Assembly (NCBI GenBank): GCA_002430735.1
Contig: DJCV01000003.1
Location: forward strand, 21,142 to 85,141
DNA from: Candidatus Woesebacteria bacterium UBA5941
GTDB lineage: Bacteria; Patescibacteriota; Microgenomatia; UBA8517
Length of the DNA stretch: 64,000 nucleotides
Direction of reading: 5' to 3'
This document shows positions 45,514 to 55,637 of this stretch, in pieces. Under the pieces are notes generated by a model, which was not told the DNA's origin, did no database searches, and saw nothing but the letters and a program-made list of their open reading frames with translations. The position numbers and the translations under genes were made by a program. Positions within the stretch are counted from its first letter, which is position 1; each line of letters begins with the position of its first letter.

Positions 45514-48500
45514 TTATACCATCATCCGTGCGCGTTCAGGGTCTACAGGAATGAGGCGTCCGATGATAACATTTTCTTTGAGTCCAATCAAACGGTCTCG
45601 CTTACCCATCAATGCACTTGTGGCCAAAACGTCAGTTGTCTGTTCGAATGATGCTGCTGACAACCAGCTCTCGGTGAGCAATGCGCGCTTTGTGATTCCC
45701 ATAATGGTTGGTCGTGCAGTTGCTGCTTCCCCACCTTGAGCAATCGTCTTTTCGTTCTCTTCGTCAAAGCTTGCTTTATCAACTGTCTCACCTGGCAAGA
45801 GTGGTGTGCTTCCACCTGTCGCGATCTTCACCTTGTCGCTCATCTTTCGAACGATAACTTCAAAGTGACGGTCGTTAATTGGAATTCCTTGTGATTCGTA
45901 TACTGCTTGTAACTCATTCAACAGATATTCTTGAGCTGGGATTAAGCCTCGAATTGCGAGTACTTCCTTCACATCCAAGTATCCAGATGAGAGTTGAGCA
46001 CCAGCTTCAACGAGTTGTCCATCTTCAACCATGAGCTTACTTGTCTTTGGAATCACAAATTCTCGTGTCTCTTGTGGCTTCACATTTACTGATTCAATAA
46101 TGACTTTCCAACCGTCTTCAAGTTCTTCAACCTTAACCTTACCTGCGATGTCAGTTAATGGTGCCATGCTCTTTGGAATACGTGCTTCAAAGAGTTCCTC
46201 TACTCGAGGCAAACCTTGGGTCACGTCGACTCCAACCACACCGGCTGCGTGCTTAGTTCGGAGCGTAAGCTGTGTTCCTGGTTCTCCAATTGATTGAGCA
46301 GTTAATACTCCAACTGGTGTTCCCATCTCAGCAATTTGCTTGTTTGAGAGATCCCATCCGTAACATGCTGCACACATTCCGTATCGGCTTTCACAACTTA
46401 ATGGTGATCTCACAAATACTGATGGAATTTCAGCTTGATCAATTTCCTTAGCTGCTGGCTCATCGATAATCGTTCCCTTAGCTACAATTACTTTTCCATC
46501 CTTGGTTGTAATATCCTCGAGTGAAATTCGACCTGCGATTCGTCGAGCATATACATTGGTTCGGAAGTTTCGAGTAATCGTAATACCTTCAGTTGTTCCA
46601 CAATCTTCTTCTCGAATGATCACATCATGAGCTACGTCAACGAGTCGTCGAGTTAAGTATCCAGCATCAGCTGTCTTAAGCGCGGTATCAGTCAATCCTT
46701 TTCGAGATCCACGAGAGCTTGTTACGTATTCAAATACTGAGAGTCCTTCTCGGAAGTTACTCTTAATAGGCAATTCAACGATCTTTCCGAGTGGATCAAC
46801 AACGAGTCCTCGCATACCAGCGATCTGTTTGATCTGATCTCGTGATGTACGTCCAACTTTAGCGTCAATAACGATTCTGATTGAGCTAGTTGGGTCTACT
46901 AAGTCCCATGTCTTGTCAGCAATTTCTTCAGTTGTTTCAATCCAAACTGCTTCACTCAATCGTTTCTTTTCTTCCTTCGTGATCAACCCTTCGGCAAAAG
47001 TTGTTTCGATTTCAGCAACTTTTTGGTTAGCAATATCAATCATCTTAGATTTCTCAGGGTGAACTACTGCGTCTGAAATTCCGAATGAAAGCCCTGAATA
47101 AGTTCCTCCAACGAATCCAATATCTTTAATATCATCAATCATTTGAATTACTCGATCATGAGGGACTTTAGTAAATCCTGTCATAATAAGATCCTGGATA
47201 AGACCTGAAACCATGCTCTCATTCACAAATCCAAATTCAGCTGGGAGCACTTCATTAAAGAGAATTCGTCCTACAGTTGTTTCAATAATGTCAGTTCCAA
47301 GTTTGACCTTGATTAATTGTCTTAAGAACAACTTTCCTGTTTGATAAGCAAAGATTGCTTCGTTTTTATCAGAATAGATCGTGCTACCAGCCTCAATTCG
47401 AGGGTCTACGCTTGTGTAGTAGTACACTCCCAATGCAATTTCCTTAGATGAAGGAGCACTGGTTGGTGATCCGTCAGCAGGCTTCAACAAGTTTCGATCT
47501 GAAATAACTCTCTCTTTAACTTCTTTGATTGCGCGCTCAGAGAGTGGCAAGTGCACAGCCATTTGGTCTCCATCGAAGTCAGCTCCGAATGCTTTACATA
47601 CTGCAGGGTGCAATCGAATAGCGCTTCCTTCAATTAAGATTGGATAGAATGCTTGGATACCGAGCTTGTGCAATGTAGGAGCACGGTTGAGTAACACTGG
47701 GTGATTCTTTGTAATCTCTTCCAAGATGTCAAAGACTTCACTTGGTCGTCGTTCCAAAAGGTTCTTCGCACTCTTCACATTTGGTGCAATTCCTCGAACA
47801 ATCATTTCTCGAAGCACGAATGGCTTAAAGATCTCAAGTGCCATTTCCTTCGGAAGTCCACATTGATTAAGCTTCAATTCTGGTCCTACAACGATAACTG
47901 ATCGTCCAGAGTAGTCAACACGCTTACCCAATAAGTTCTGTCGGAATCGTCCTTGCTTCCCTTTCAACATGTCTGAAAGTGATCGTAATGGTTGCTTTCC
48001 GCGTCCTCGTCGAGTTGCTTTTCGTTGAGAGGCGTCAATCAAAGAGTCAACAGATTCCTGCAACATTCGTTTTTCATTTCTCAAAATGATTTCAGGAGCT
48101 CCAAGATTAATTAAGTGCTTTAATCGGTTATTGCGATTAATAACACGTCGGTATAAGTCGTTTAAGTCGCTTGTTGCGAAACGTCCTCCTGAAAGTTGCA
48201 CCATCGGTCGCAAATCTGGTGGCAAGATTGGAAGAACCTTCATAACGGTCCATGTTGGAGAAACGTGTCCTGATCGCATACCGTCAACCAACTTCAATCG
48301 GCGAGTTAATTTAATGTATCGGCTACCTTTTCCTTTGACCGCATCGATTTCTTCTTTGATCTCCTTAGAGAGGTCATCAAGTTTCAATGCTGCGAGTGCT
48401 TCATAAATAGCTTCTGCACCCATCTTGACGTCTACGAATGATTCAACTCCGTAAGAGCTGAGTTTGTCGAATTCATCTTCTGACAAGAATCCAAATTTTC

Positions 48501-51500
48501 GAACGTCTTTGACAATTCCAATAAGCTTTCCGAATAGTTCTTCAGTCTTCTCGAGAGTTACTTTCTCTTCTTCAGAAAGGCTTGCTTCTTTCTTTCGAGT
48601 TTCGAGCTCAACTTCAGAAAGGGCGAGTGCTAATTGTTCTTGACCTTTAATCTTCTCTTCAGCTTTCTTTCGTCGAACTTCACCATCTTCTTTAACGAGC
48701 GCAAGTCGTTCTTTGTAGAGCTCTTTCACTTCGTCAACTTTCTCTCCTCGTGATTTTTCAAGTGTCTTAATAGCTTCAGTTCGGCCTGCTTCATCAACAT
48801 TCATCACAAGGTATCGAGCGAAGTACACAACTTGCTCAATTGCACGAGGTGCGAGATCCAAAAGGAGAGATACCTTTGAAGGTGCCCCTTTAAAGAACCA
48901 TACGTGCATAACAGGTGCTGCCAAGCTAATGTGTCCCATGCGTTCTCGTCGAACACGAGACTCAGTTACTTCAACTCCACATTTGTCACAAACAACTCCC
49001 TTATATCGAATTCTCTTGTATTTTCCACAATAACATTCCCAATCCTTTGAAGGTCCGAAGATTCGTTCGTCAAAGAGACCATCTTTTTCACTCTTTAATG
49101 TTCGATAGTTAATAGTCTCAGGCTTTGTAACTTCTCCACGGCTCCATGCACGAATTTCTTCAGGTGAAGCGAGTTTGATTCTCAATCCTCCAAAGTCTTC
49201 TAAGTTTGAAAGCAGAGAGAGCGGATCAACGAGTTCTGCTTTTTTGTCAGTCAATTTTTCAACGATATCTTCTCCTGCTTCGTTTTTAGGTTGAGCATTT
49301 TCGATTTGGATAGAAAGTCCCAATGAATTCAATTCTCGAATTAATACTTTAAAGCTTTCAGGTACTTTTGCTTCAGGAATTGGTTCACCTTTCACAATTG
49401 CACCAAATGCTTGTGCACGTCCTACGATATCGTCGGACTTAATAGTCAACATTTCTTGTAATGTATGTGCAGCTCTGTGTGATTCTAATGCCCAGACTTC
49501 CATTTCTCCCAATCGTTGTCCACCCATTTGAGCTTTTCCTCCAAGAGGTTGTTGTGTCACGAGTGAGTATGGTCCAGTTGATCGAGCGTGAGTCTTATCC
49601 TCAATCATGTGCTTCAGCTTCAAGATGTATCCAATTCCAACAACAGTGTCTTCAGCAAATTGTTCTCCTGTTCGTCCATCAAAGAGTCTAATTTTTCCAC
49701 TTCGTGGAAGTCCAGCGTTTTCAAGTTCTTGAGAGATGACATCATCATCCATGTTGTCAAATACTGGAAGTGCTCCCTTTTCTCCATTCGCAGAGAGTGC
49801 CCAACCCAAATGTGCTTCCATAAGTTGTCCCAAGTTCATACGTGCGAGAACTGAGAGTGGAGAAATAATAATATCTACAGGTGTTCCATCTGGAAGATAT
49901 GGCATGTCTGCAGCATTCATGACTTTAGCAATAACACCTTTGTTTCCGTGTCGTCCGGCGAGTTTGTCTCCAACCATGACTTTTCGGATTTGTGCAACTT
50001 TAACGATAATCGTCTTCATAACACCAGGCCCAAGCTCGTCGCCACCTTCTTTGTCCAAGACTTGGACATCAACAACGATTCCTTCTTCTCCGTGAGGTAC
50101 TCGAAGTGAGGTGTCTCGAACTTCTCGTGCTTTCTCTCCAAAGATTGCGCGGAGCAATCTTTCTTCAGCATTTAATTCTGTTTCTCCTTTTGGAGCAATT
50201 TTTCCAACCAAAATGTCGTTTGGTCCAACTTCTGCACCAAGTACAACAACTCCGTCTTCAGCGAGGTTTGCAAGTTCCATTTCAGAAACGTTTGGAATAT
50301 CGCGAGTCAATTCCTCAGGCCCAAGCTTTGTTTCAACGAGGTCAGCTTGATATTCCTTAATGTGGATCGAAGTTAACAAATCATCCTTGACGAGTCTGTC
50401 TGACACAATCAAGGCGTCTTCAAATCCGTATCCTTCGAATGAAGCGTAAGCGACTACTAAGTTTGTTCCGAGCGCGAGTTCTCCTTCTTCAGCAGAAGGT
50501 CCATCAATTAAAAGGTCTCCTTTTTTAACTTTTTGTCCAACGACAACTCGAGCTTTTTGGTTGTATGAAGTTGATTGTGTTGTTCTCTTGAACTTTGTAA
50601 GTCTGTAAATAGCTCGTTCTCCGTCTTCAGCCATTTCAACAGCACTTCGAACTGGTTTTACTTGCTTTTTATCAAGTCGGACTTCGATTCGGTTTCCATC
50701 TACGTAATCAACAACTCCGTCGAAATCGCTTGTAACAACATGTCCCATTGACTCAGCAATTGCACCTTCCATACCAGTTCCAACGATTGGACTTTGAGGA
50801 GCAACAAGCGGAACAGCCTGACATTGCATGTTAGATCCCATAAGCGCTCGATTACCTTCGTCGTGAGCGAGGAATGGAATAAGAGATGCTGATGCACCGA
50901 ACACTTGTCGAGGAGTTACGTCAATGTAATCAATAACGTCTGATGGTCCTTCGAGGAAGGCGTCATTAAATCGGTATGGAACTCGATCGTCCATAACAAT
51001 TCCTTCTTCGTTTACCGTCACGCCACTGTGAGTGATGTGATATTTAGCATCATCATCTGCGGTAAGATAGGTTACTTCGTCTAATACTTTCACTACTGTC
51101 TTACCACCTTTTTCTGTCTTTTCTACTTTTCGGTATGGAGCTTCTAAGAAACCGAATTCATTAATTCGTGTGTAGAGAGCCAAATAGGTAACAAGTCCGA
51201 TGTTTGGTCCTTCAGGAGATCTGACTGGGTCAATACGACCATATTGAGACGCATTAATGTCTCGAATAGAGAAGCTTGCTCGTTCACGGTTAATACCACC
51301 AGGTCCAAGCACTGAGACGCGGCGCAAGTTATCAACCTCAGAAAGAGGGTTTGTGTTATCTAAAATAGTAGATAACTGATTGCTTCGGAAAAATTCATTA
51401 ATTGATGCAATCAATGGTCGAGCATTAATTAAGTTTTGTGGAAGTGGTTTGTCTTCAGGTGCAATCAAGCTCATCTTTTCTTTCACTGATCTCTCAAGTT

Positions 51501-52527
51501 TCAACAAACCTGCCCGGAACGCATGAGTTGCCACTAATTCTCCCACTCGTCGAAGTCTTCGATTGCTTAAGTGATCAATATCATCAACGTGTCCGTGTCC
51601 GTTTTGAAGTCCAATAAGGTATGAAATGGTTGCCAAAATATCTTGCTTGGTGAGTACCCAATTTTCTCGTTCGTTCGCAACTGTTAAATCAAGTCGTTTG
51701 TTGATCTTGTATCGGCCAACTTTTCCTAAGTCATACCGTCGGGTATCTAAGAACAAGCTTTCAAAGAGAGCTTGAGCGTTATCAATAATGGCTGGTTCCC
51801 CAGGTCGGAGCTTTCGATAGATTTCCAAAAGAGCTTCGTCTTGAGTCTTTGTTGGGTCTTTTTCAATGGTCTTTTTAATGAATCGGTGGTTTTTGTCAGT
51901 ATCAATTTCTGAGAAAGCTTCTTGAATTTCTTGATCGCTTTCAATTCCCATTGCACGAAGAAGGGTAGTTGCAGAAACTTTTCGTCGCTTATCAATTCGA
52001 GCTGAGATTACATCGTTCTTGCTGATTTCGAATTCGAGCCATGATCCATGAAGTGGTCGAACTTCAGCCATGTAAAGCATTCGTCCAGTTGCACGATCTC
52101 GTGCACCAGAGAAGTAAATACCAGGTGATCGAACGAGCTGGTTAATAACTGCGCGTTCAATTCCGTTAATGATGAATGTTCCGGCAGTTGTCATTTGTGG
52201 GATATTTCCCATAAAGACTTCCTGTTCGACTGATTCACCAGTCTTCATGTTGATTAATGTAGCGACTAATTTAAATGGAGCAGCAAAAGTAATACCTTTT
52301 TCTTCTGCATACTTTGGAGTGATTTGTGGTTCTTCTAATGTGTGGCTGCCTAAAAGCAATTGCCAATTTTTTCCTGTAAAGTCGTTAATTGGAGAAACCT
52401 GTGCAATTTCCTCTGCAATTCCTTCATTTAAAAACCAATCCCAGCTTTCTCTTTGTACGAGAGATAAATCAAGTTCTGGTAGGTTTTTCTCTGTTTTTCC
52501 GAAATTGCGTCGTTGGGTTTTTGCCAT
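45514..52527 (-). CDS. rpoBC: Fused RNA polymerase beta-beta' subunit (2337 aa)
   Basis: Beta motifs ([33 protein letters not shown]) then beta' motifs ([37 protein letters not shown]) in one frame. Confidence 0.95.
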   Translation of the reverse strand: MAKTQRRNFGKTEKNLPELDLSLVQRESWDWFLNEGIAEEIAQVSPINDFTGKNWQLLLGSHTLEEPQITPKYAEEKGITFAAPFKLVATLINMKTGESVEQEVFMGNIPQMTTAGTFIINGIERAVINQLVRSPGIYFSGARDRATGRMLYMAEVRPLHGSWLEFEISKNDVISARIDKRRKVSATTLLRAMGIESDQEIQEAFSEIDTDKNHRFIKKTIEKDPTKTQDEALLEIYRKLRPGEPAIIDNAQALFESLFLDTRRYDLGKVGRYKINKRLDLTVANERENWVLTKQDILATISYLIGLQNGHGHVDDIDHLSNRRLRRVGELVATHAFRAGLLKLERSVKEKMSLIAPEDKPLPQNLINARPLIASINEFFRSNQLSTILDNTNPLSEVDNLRRVSVLGPGGINRERASFSIRDINASQYGRIDPVRSPEGPNIGLVTYLALYTRINEFGFLEAPYRKVEKTEKGGKTVVKVLDEVTYLTADDDAKYHITHSGVTVNEEGIVMDDRVPYRFNDAFLEGPSDVIDYIDVTPRQVFGASASLIPFLAHDEGNRALMGSNMQCQAVPLVAPQSPIVGTGMEGAIAESMGHVVTSDFDGVVDYVDGNRIEVRLDKKQVKPVRSAVEMAEDGERAIYRLTKFKRTTQSTSYNQKARVVVGQKVKKGDLLIDGPSAEEGELALGTNLVVAYASFEGYGFEDALIVSDRLVKDDLLTSIHIKEYQADLVETKLGPEELTRDIPNVSEMELANLAEDGVVVLGAEVGPNDILVGKIAPKGETELNAEERLLRAIFGEKAREVRDTSLRVPHGEEGIVVDVQVLDKEGGDELGPGVMKTIIVKVAQIRKVMVGDKLAGRHGNKGVIAKVMNAADMPYLPDGTPVDIIISPLSVLARMNLGQLMEAHLGWALSANGEKGALPVFDNMDDDVISQELENAGLPRSGKIRLFDGRTGEQFAEDTVVGIGYILKLKHMIEDKTHARSTGPYSLVTQQPLGGKAQMGGQRLGEMEVWALESHRAAHTLQEMLTIKSDDIVGRAQAFGAIVKGEPIPEAKVPESFKVLIRELNSLGLSIQIENAQPKNEAGEDIVEKLTDKKAELVDPLSLLSNLEDFGGLRIKLASPEEIRAWSRGEVTKPETINYRTLKSEKDGLFDERIFGPSKDWECYCGKYKRIRYKGVVCDKCGVEVTESRVRRERMGHISLAAPVMHVWFFKGAPSKVSLLLDLAPRAIEQVVYFARYLVMNVDEAGRTEAIKTLEKSRGEKVDEVKELYKERLALVKEDGEVRRKKAEEKIKGQEQLALALSEVELETRKKEASLSEEEKVTLEKTEELFGKLIGIVKDVRKFGFLSEDEFDKLSSYGVESFVDVKMGAEAIYEALAALKLDDLSKEIKEEIDAVKGKGSRYIKLTRRLKLVDGMRSGHVSPTWTVMKVLPILPPDLRPMVQLSGGRFATSDLNDLYRRVINRNNRLKHLINLGAPEIILRNEKRMLQESVDSLIDASQRKATRRGRGKQPLRSLSDMLKGKQGRFRQNLLGKRVDYSGRSVIVVGPELKLNQCGLPKEMALEIFKPFVLREMIVRGIAPNVKSAKNLLERRPSEVFDILEEITKNHPVLLNRAPTLHKLGIQAFYPILIEGSAIRLHPAVCKAFGADFDGDQMAVHLPLSERAIKEVKERVISDRNLLKPADGSPTSAPSSKEIALGVYYYTSVDPRIEAGSTIYSDKNEAIFAYQTGKLFLRQLIKVKLGTDIIETTVGRILFNEVLPAEFGFVNESMVSGLIQDLIMTGFTKVPHDRVIQMIDDIKDIGFVGGTYSGLSFGISDAVVHPEKSKMIDIANQKVAEIETTFAEGLITKEEKKRLSEAVWIETTEEIADKTWDLVDPTSSIRIVIDAKVGRTSRDQIKQIAGMRGLVVDPLGKIVELPIKSNFREGLSVFEYVTSSRGSRKGLTDTALKTADAGYLTRRLVDVAHDVIIREEDCGTTEGITITRNFRTNVYARRIAGRISLEDITTKDGKVIVAKGTIIDEPAAKEIDQAEIPSVFVRSPLSCESRYGMCAACYGWDLSNKQIAEMGTPVGVLTAQSIGEPGTQLTLRTKHAAGVVGVDVTQGLPRVEELFEARIPKSMAPLTDIAGKVKVEELEDGWKVIIESVNVKPQETREFVIPKTSKLMVEDGQLVEAGAQLSSGYLDVKEVLAIRGLIPAQEYLLNELQAVYESQGIPINDRHFEVIVRKMSDKVKIATGGSTPLLPGETVDKASFDEENEKTIAQGGEAATARPTIMGITKRALLTESWLSAASFEQTTDVLATSALMGKRDRLIGLKENVIIGRLIPVDPERARMMV

Positions 52528-52584
52528 TTGGTGAATAGATTTTAGGAATACTAAAGTGAGCTTGTCTCAGTACGCCTAACGGCG

Positions 52585-52612
52585 ATTATACCTGCATATC
52601 ATGTAAAGTCAA
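52585..52612 (-). promoter_or_regulatory. Sigma70-type promoter of rpoBC
   Basis: TTGACT-16-TATAAT about 58 nt upstream of ATG. Confidence 0.65.
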
Positions 52613-52800
52613 CACCCGATTGAGGGGCAATAATATACCGGAAGCTTCAGTTCCTTTGGACACTATACCAGAAAAAATTCGTGAGCGCAAATAGGTAGAA
52701 ATTGATTGGGATGATGTTATATCACCATCCAGCCTCATTACCTAGTAATTCGACACTTTCAACCCGTGCATATACTATAAACGAGTGGAGCTACTGTAGC

Positions 52801-53796
52801 TTATCGAAGATATTTTTGCACATTAGCGTTGTGCTCCTCTAATGTCGTTGCATACCGGGCAACACCTGTTGTGTCATGAATATAGAATAAATAATTACTT
52901 TCAGTAGGATTTAAAACTGCTTGCAAGCTTGCGAGGCCTGGGCTTGCAATTGGAGCAGGTGGCAATCCCGGAATAGTGTATGTATTGAAATTACTTTTTA
53001 ATTTGTAGTCTTCCAAATACACCGTTGGCCACCAGTCTGCACATTCTCCTTTTGCGTCTGGGCACGAAAGATTTGCCTTTGCATATTGCACCGTTGCATC
53101 AACTTGTAGTGGCATTCCAATTTCAATTCGATTTCGAAGAATCCCTGCAATTATCGGCTTTTCACTATCATTCCGTGTTTCCCGCTCAACCAGAGATGCA
53201 AGTGTGACCAATTCATCAAGATTCGCCCCAGCGTTCTCAGTGCCAAACTTCTTCTGAAAGGTATTCTTCAATACAGAGATTGCACGTGCGGGAGTAACAT
53301 CTTTTGGTATTAAGTATGTTTCAGGAAATAAATATCCCTCATCTGATTTAGAAAGTGACAAAAATTGCTCTCTAAATGCTACTTTTTCCGCCTCGCTGTA
53401 TCCAAGTGCATTGCTGAACCGGTCGGGTAATTGCTCTCGACGTAATCCTTCCGGAATTGTTACCCACACTTCTTGTGGTCCTTTCAATAAATGCGCTATC
53501 ACTTGCGGTACTGTTAGGTTTGCAGGGATGGAAAACTGTCCAACTGGCAGACTTGCTGCCTGGTTGGTAAATCGAACATACAACCGAAATACAAGTTCAT
53601 TTTTAATCACTCCCGCATCATGAAGTTTTTTTGCGATTGATTCAGCAGAACTTCCTTTGGTAATTAAAACAGACTGTGTTTTGTTGCTTGTTGAAGGTGC
53701 TTTCAAGCCATTCGTCCACCAAATAAATCCTCCTACTGAAAGGGCAGCACCAATGAGGGCTACGAGTAAAAAAGTGATGATGAGGAATTTCTTCAC
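52801..53796 (-). CDS. mltG: Endolytic transglycosylase MltG
   Basis: TIPEG, EGYLFPETY, ASLVERE, LQVDATVQY, GLPPAPIASPG. Confidence 0.93.
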   Translation of the reverse strand: MKKFLIITFLLVALIGAALSVGGFIWWTNGLKAPSTSNKTQSVLITKGSSAESIAKKLHDAGVIKNELVFRLYVRFTNQAASLPVGQFSIPANLTVPQVIAHLLKGPQEVWVTIPEGLRREQLPDRFSNALGYSEAEKVAFREQFLSLSKSDEGYLFPETYLIPKDVTPARAISVLKNTFQKKFGTENAGANLDELVTLASLVERETRNDSEKPIIAGILRNRIEIGMPLQVDATVQYAKANLSCPDAKGECADWWPTVYLEDYKLKSNFNTYTIPGLPPAPIASPGLASLQAVLNPTESNYLFYIHDTTGVARYATTLEEHNANVQKYLR

Positions 53797-53825
53797 AGAA
53801 TTATTGTAACAAAAGGCCGAAGATT

Positions 53826-54020
53826 TTATTTAACCTCGGTGAGAAGTGCACGGCGGTACGTTTTACCATTGTGCATGTAGATGCGTCCACATTTGCATGT
53901 CACTTGGGTTCCACCTTTTACCTTCGTTTTTTTGGCTTTAGTAAGAGGCATGCTGCAACCGACACATCGGCCTTGGGACAGAAGCCATGCTTGGATTGGT
54001 GCAATTGCATTCTTAATCAT
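53826..54020 (-). CDS. Small basic zinc-ribbon-like protein (64 aa)
   Basis: CVGC and CKCG Cys pairs; TGG-TATACT 6 nt before ATG. Confidence 0.7.
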   Translation of the reverse strand: MIKNAIAPIQAWLLSQGRCVGCSMPLTKAKKTKVKGGTQVTCKCGRIYMHNGKTYRRALLTEVK

Positions 54021-54132
54021 TGAAACAGTATACCAAATGGATTTTCCTCTGAGTACCTAGTAAATAGATGTTTGTGGCTATTATTCCTGCTATAGGCTTT
54101 ACACAAGAGAACTATAGGAGTATAATGCCGCA

Positions 54133-54597
54133 ATGCAAAAAACAATTGTCATCAGTGTTACACAGACGCTGTCAATTCTCCTCTGTATTATTGGAGCGCT
54201 CCTGTGGGGACATATTATCCTATTTGATTCTGTGAATACCCCAACTCTTGGGAAAGAAGCACACAACATTTTACATTTCACGATCGACAAAGATCATCCG
54301 CGAGTATCAGGATTACAGGTGCCTATTTTTCCGGGTAAAAAATATGCATGGAGTACGTATGCGATAGCCAGTGAAGGAGAAGGCGAATTTGGGTTTTACA
54401 TTGACGAATATGACGCAAACGGAGTCTGGGTAAGTGGACAATGGAAAGGTGCAATTACTGCAACCCAAGAAGGAATTCTTACCTACGAATATGTTCCCAG
54501 TAATGACCACGTGCAATTTGCGGCGCCACAATATTATGTAACACCAAATACATCATTTGAAGTGCTCGTTGATTCACCGTCTATTCGAGAGCGATAA
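54133..54597 (+). CDS. Membrane-anchored beta-rich extracellular protein
   Basis: N-terminal TM, aromatic-rich domain (YIDEYDANGVWVSGQW); TATAAT 6 nt before ATG. Confidence 0.6.
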   Translation: MQKTIVISVTQTLSILLCIIGALLWGHIILFDSVNTPTLGKEAHNILHFTIDKDHPRVSGLQVPIFPGKKYAWSTYAIASEGEGEFGFYIDEYDANGVWVSGQWKGAITATQEGILTYEYVPSNDHVQFAAPQYYVTPNTSFEVLVDSPSIRER

Positions 54598-54603
54598 CAC
54601 CGC

Positions 54604-54984
54604 TTATTTGTCGAGGTACTTCTGGAGAATAACAGCGGCTGCAAATGCGTCCTCCATTTCTTTACGCTTTTTGCGCTTCATATTGCTATGAATAGCCATT
54701 TCTTGCGCATCATGCGTCGAGAGCGTTTCGTCTACAAATACAACGGGAATTCGAGTAACTAATGAGAGCTCTTCGCCAAATCTCTTGGCTTCTGAGGCGA
54801 TTTCGTTTTCTGACAACCCCACAACTAATTCATCAGGACGTTCATTATCAATAACCGTTAACGCCTGTTTCAAGAGTGCTGCATAATTTTCACCCTTTAA
54901 CACTTTTAGTGGCTCGGCGAGAGAACCCAACGACAATGCAACCCCAACCTTTTTTCTTCCGTAATCAAAACTAATAAATATCAT
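54604..54984 (-). CDS. ruvX: RuvX/YqgF resolvase-like nuclease
   Basis: FDYGRKKVGVA, VVGL, VDETLST, DAFAAAVILQKYL. Confidence 0.9.
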   Translation of the reverse strand: MIFISFDYGRKKVGVALSLGSLAEPLKVLKGENYAALLKQALTVIDNERPDELVVGLSENEIASEAKRFGEELSLVTRIPVVFVDETLSTHDAQEMAIHSNMKRKKRKEMEDAFAAAVILQKYLDK

Positions 54985-55637
54985 AAGCTTAATGTTTTTT
55001 CTTCGGGCGGCACCAGTTTAGCACGGACCACTAAGCGTCTTGGTCTGCGTGGGTCACCAGGCGGCACACAGGTAATAAGCGAGATATATGACATTCCTGT
55101 ATCTTGGGCTAACACTTCTAATTGATCCGGGTTTACTTCAAACATGTCATCAACTCGATATTCGTATGAGATCCCATCGTATTGAACCGTGATCATATCT
55201 TTCTTCTTGAGTGAGGGAAGTGTTGAAAAAATAGTCAGATATACTTTTGGATCATAAAAAGACGGGAGTACTGAATGGCCAAAGACAACTGTGTTCCCAA
55301 TTTTTCCCGGGAGTGCAGTCCCTGGATACTGAATTAGTGAATCAGCGAGATCTTCTCCTCCAATAGTAACAACGGCATCTTTGATGCCCAACTTTGGGAC
55401 TGATATGTTGTAATACTTAACGACTGAGCTGCTCGTTAATTCTTCTGCGCTTGGGAACCAGGTCTTCACTTTCGTAAAATCCATCAGTTCTTGCTCTGGA
55501 ACGGGGGACAGGTATTGTTTAAAGTTTGCCTTACTTTTTATTTCATAGGAAAGGAGCGGAAATATGACGGCCAAAATGCAAACCCCGCCGGTAATTGCGA
55601 GAAATAAACTGAGTAATTTAATTGCGGACTTCTTCAT
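54981..55637 (-). CDS. Sortase
   Basis: N-terminal TM; GNTVVFGHS, SLITC, RLVVRAK (His/Cys/Arg triad). Confidence 0.9.
   Translation of the reverse strand: MKKSAIKLLSLFLAITGGVCILAVIFPLLSYEIKSKANFKQYLSPVPEQELMDFTKVKTWFPSAEELTSSSVVKYYNISVPKLGIKDAVVTIGGEDLADSLIQYPGTALPGKIGNTVVFGHSVLPSFYDPKVYLTIFSTLPSLKKKDMITVQYDGISYEYRVDDMFEVNPDQLEVLAQDTGMSYISLITCVPPGDPRRPRRLVVRAKLVPPEEKTLSL

Noticed and set aside
26402-52564. 14-nt repeat CTAAAGTGAGCTTG (26402 and 52551) and 12-nt CGAGCTTGTCAA (17063 and 40222)
   Set aside because: Two copies each; matches this long are expected by chance in 64 kb, and the second includes the -35 consensus.
52615-52800. Possible small RNA or ~50-codon ORF between mltG and rpoBC
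   Set aside because: One hairpin (GGATGGTG/CATCATCC) and -10-like words, but no SD, terminator or protein-like signal.
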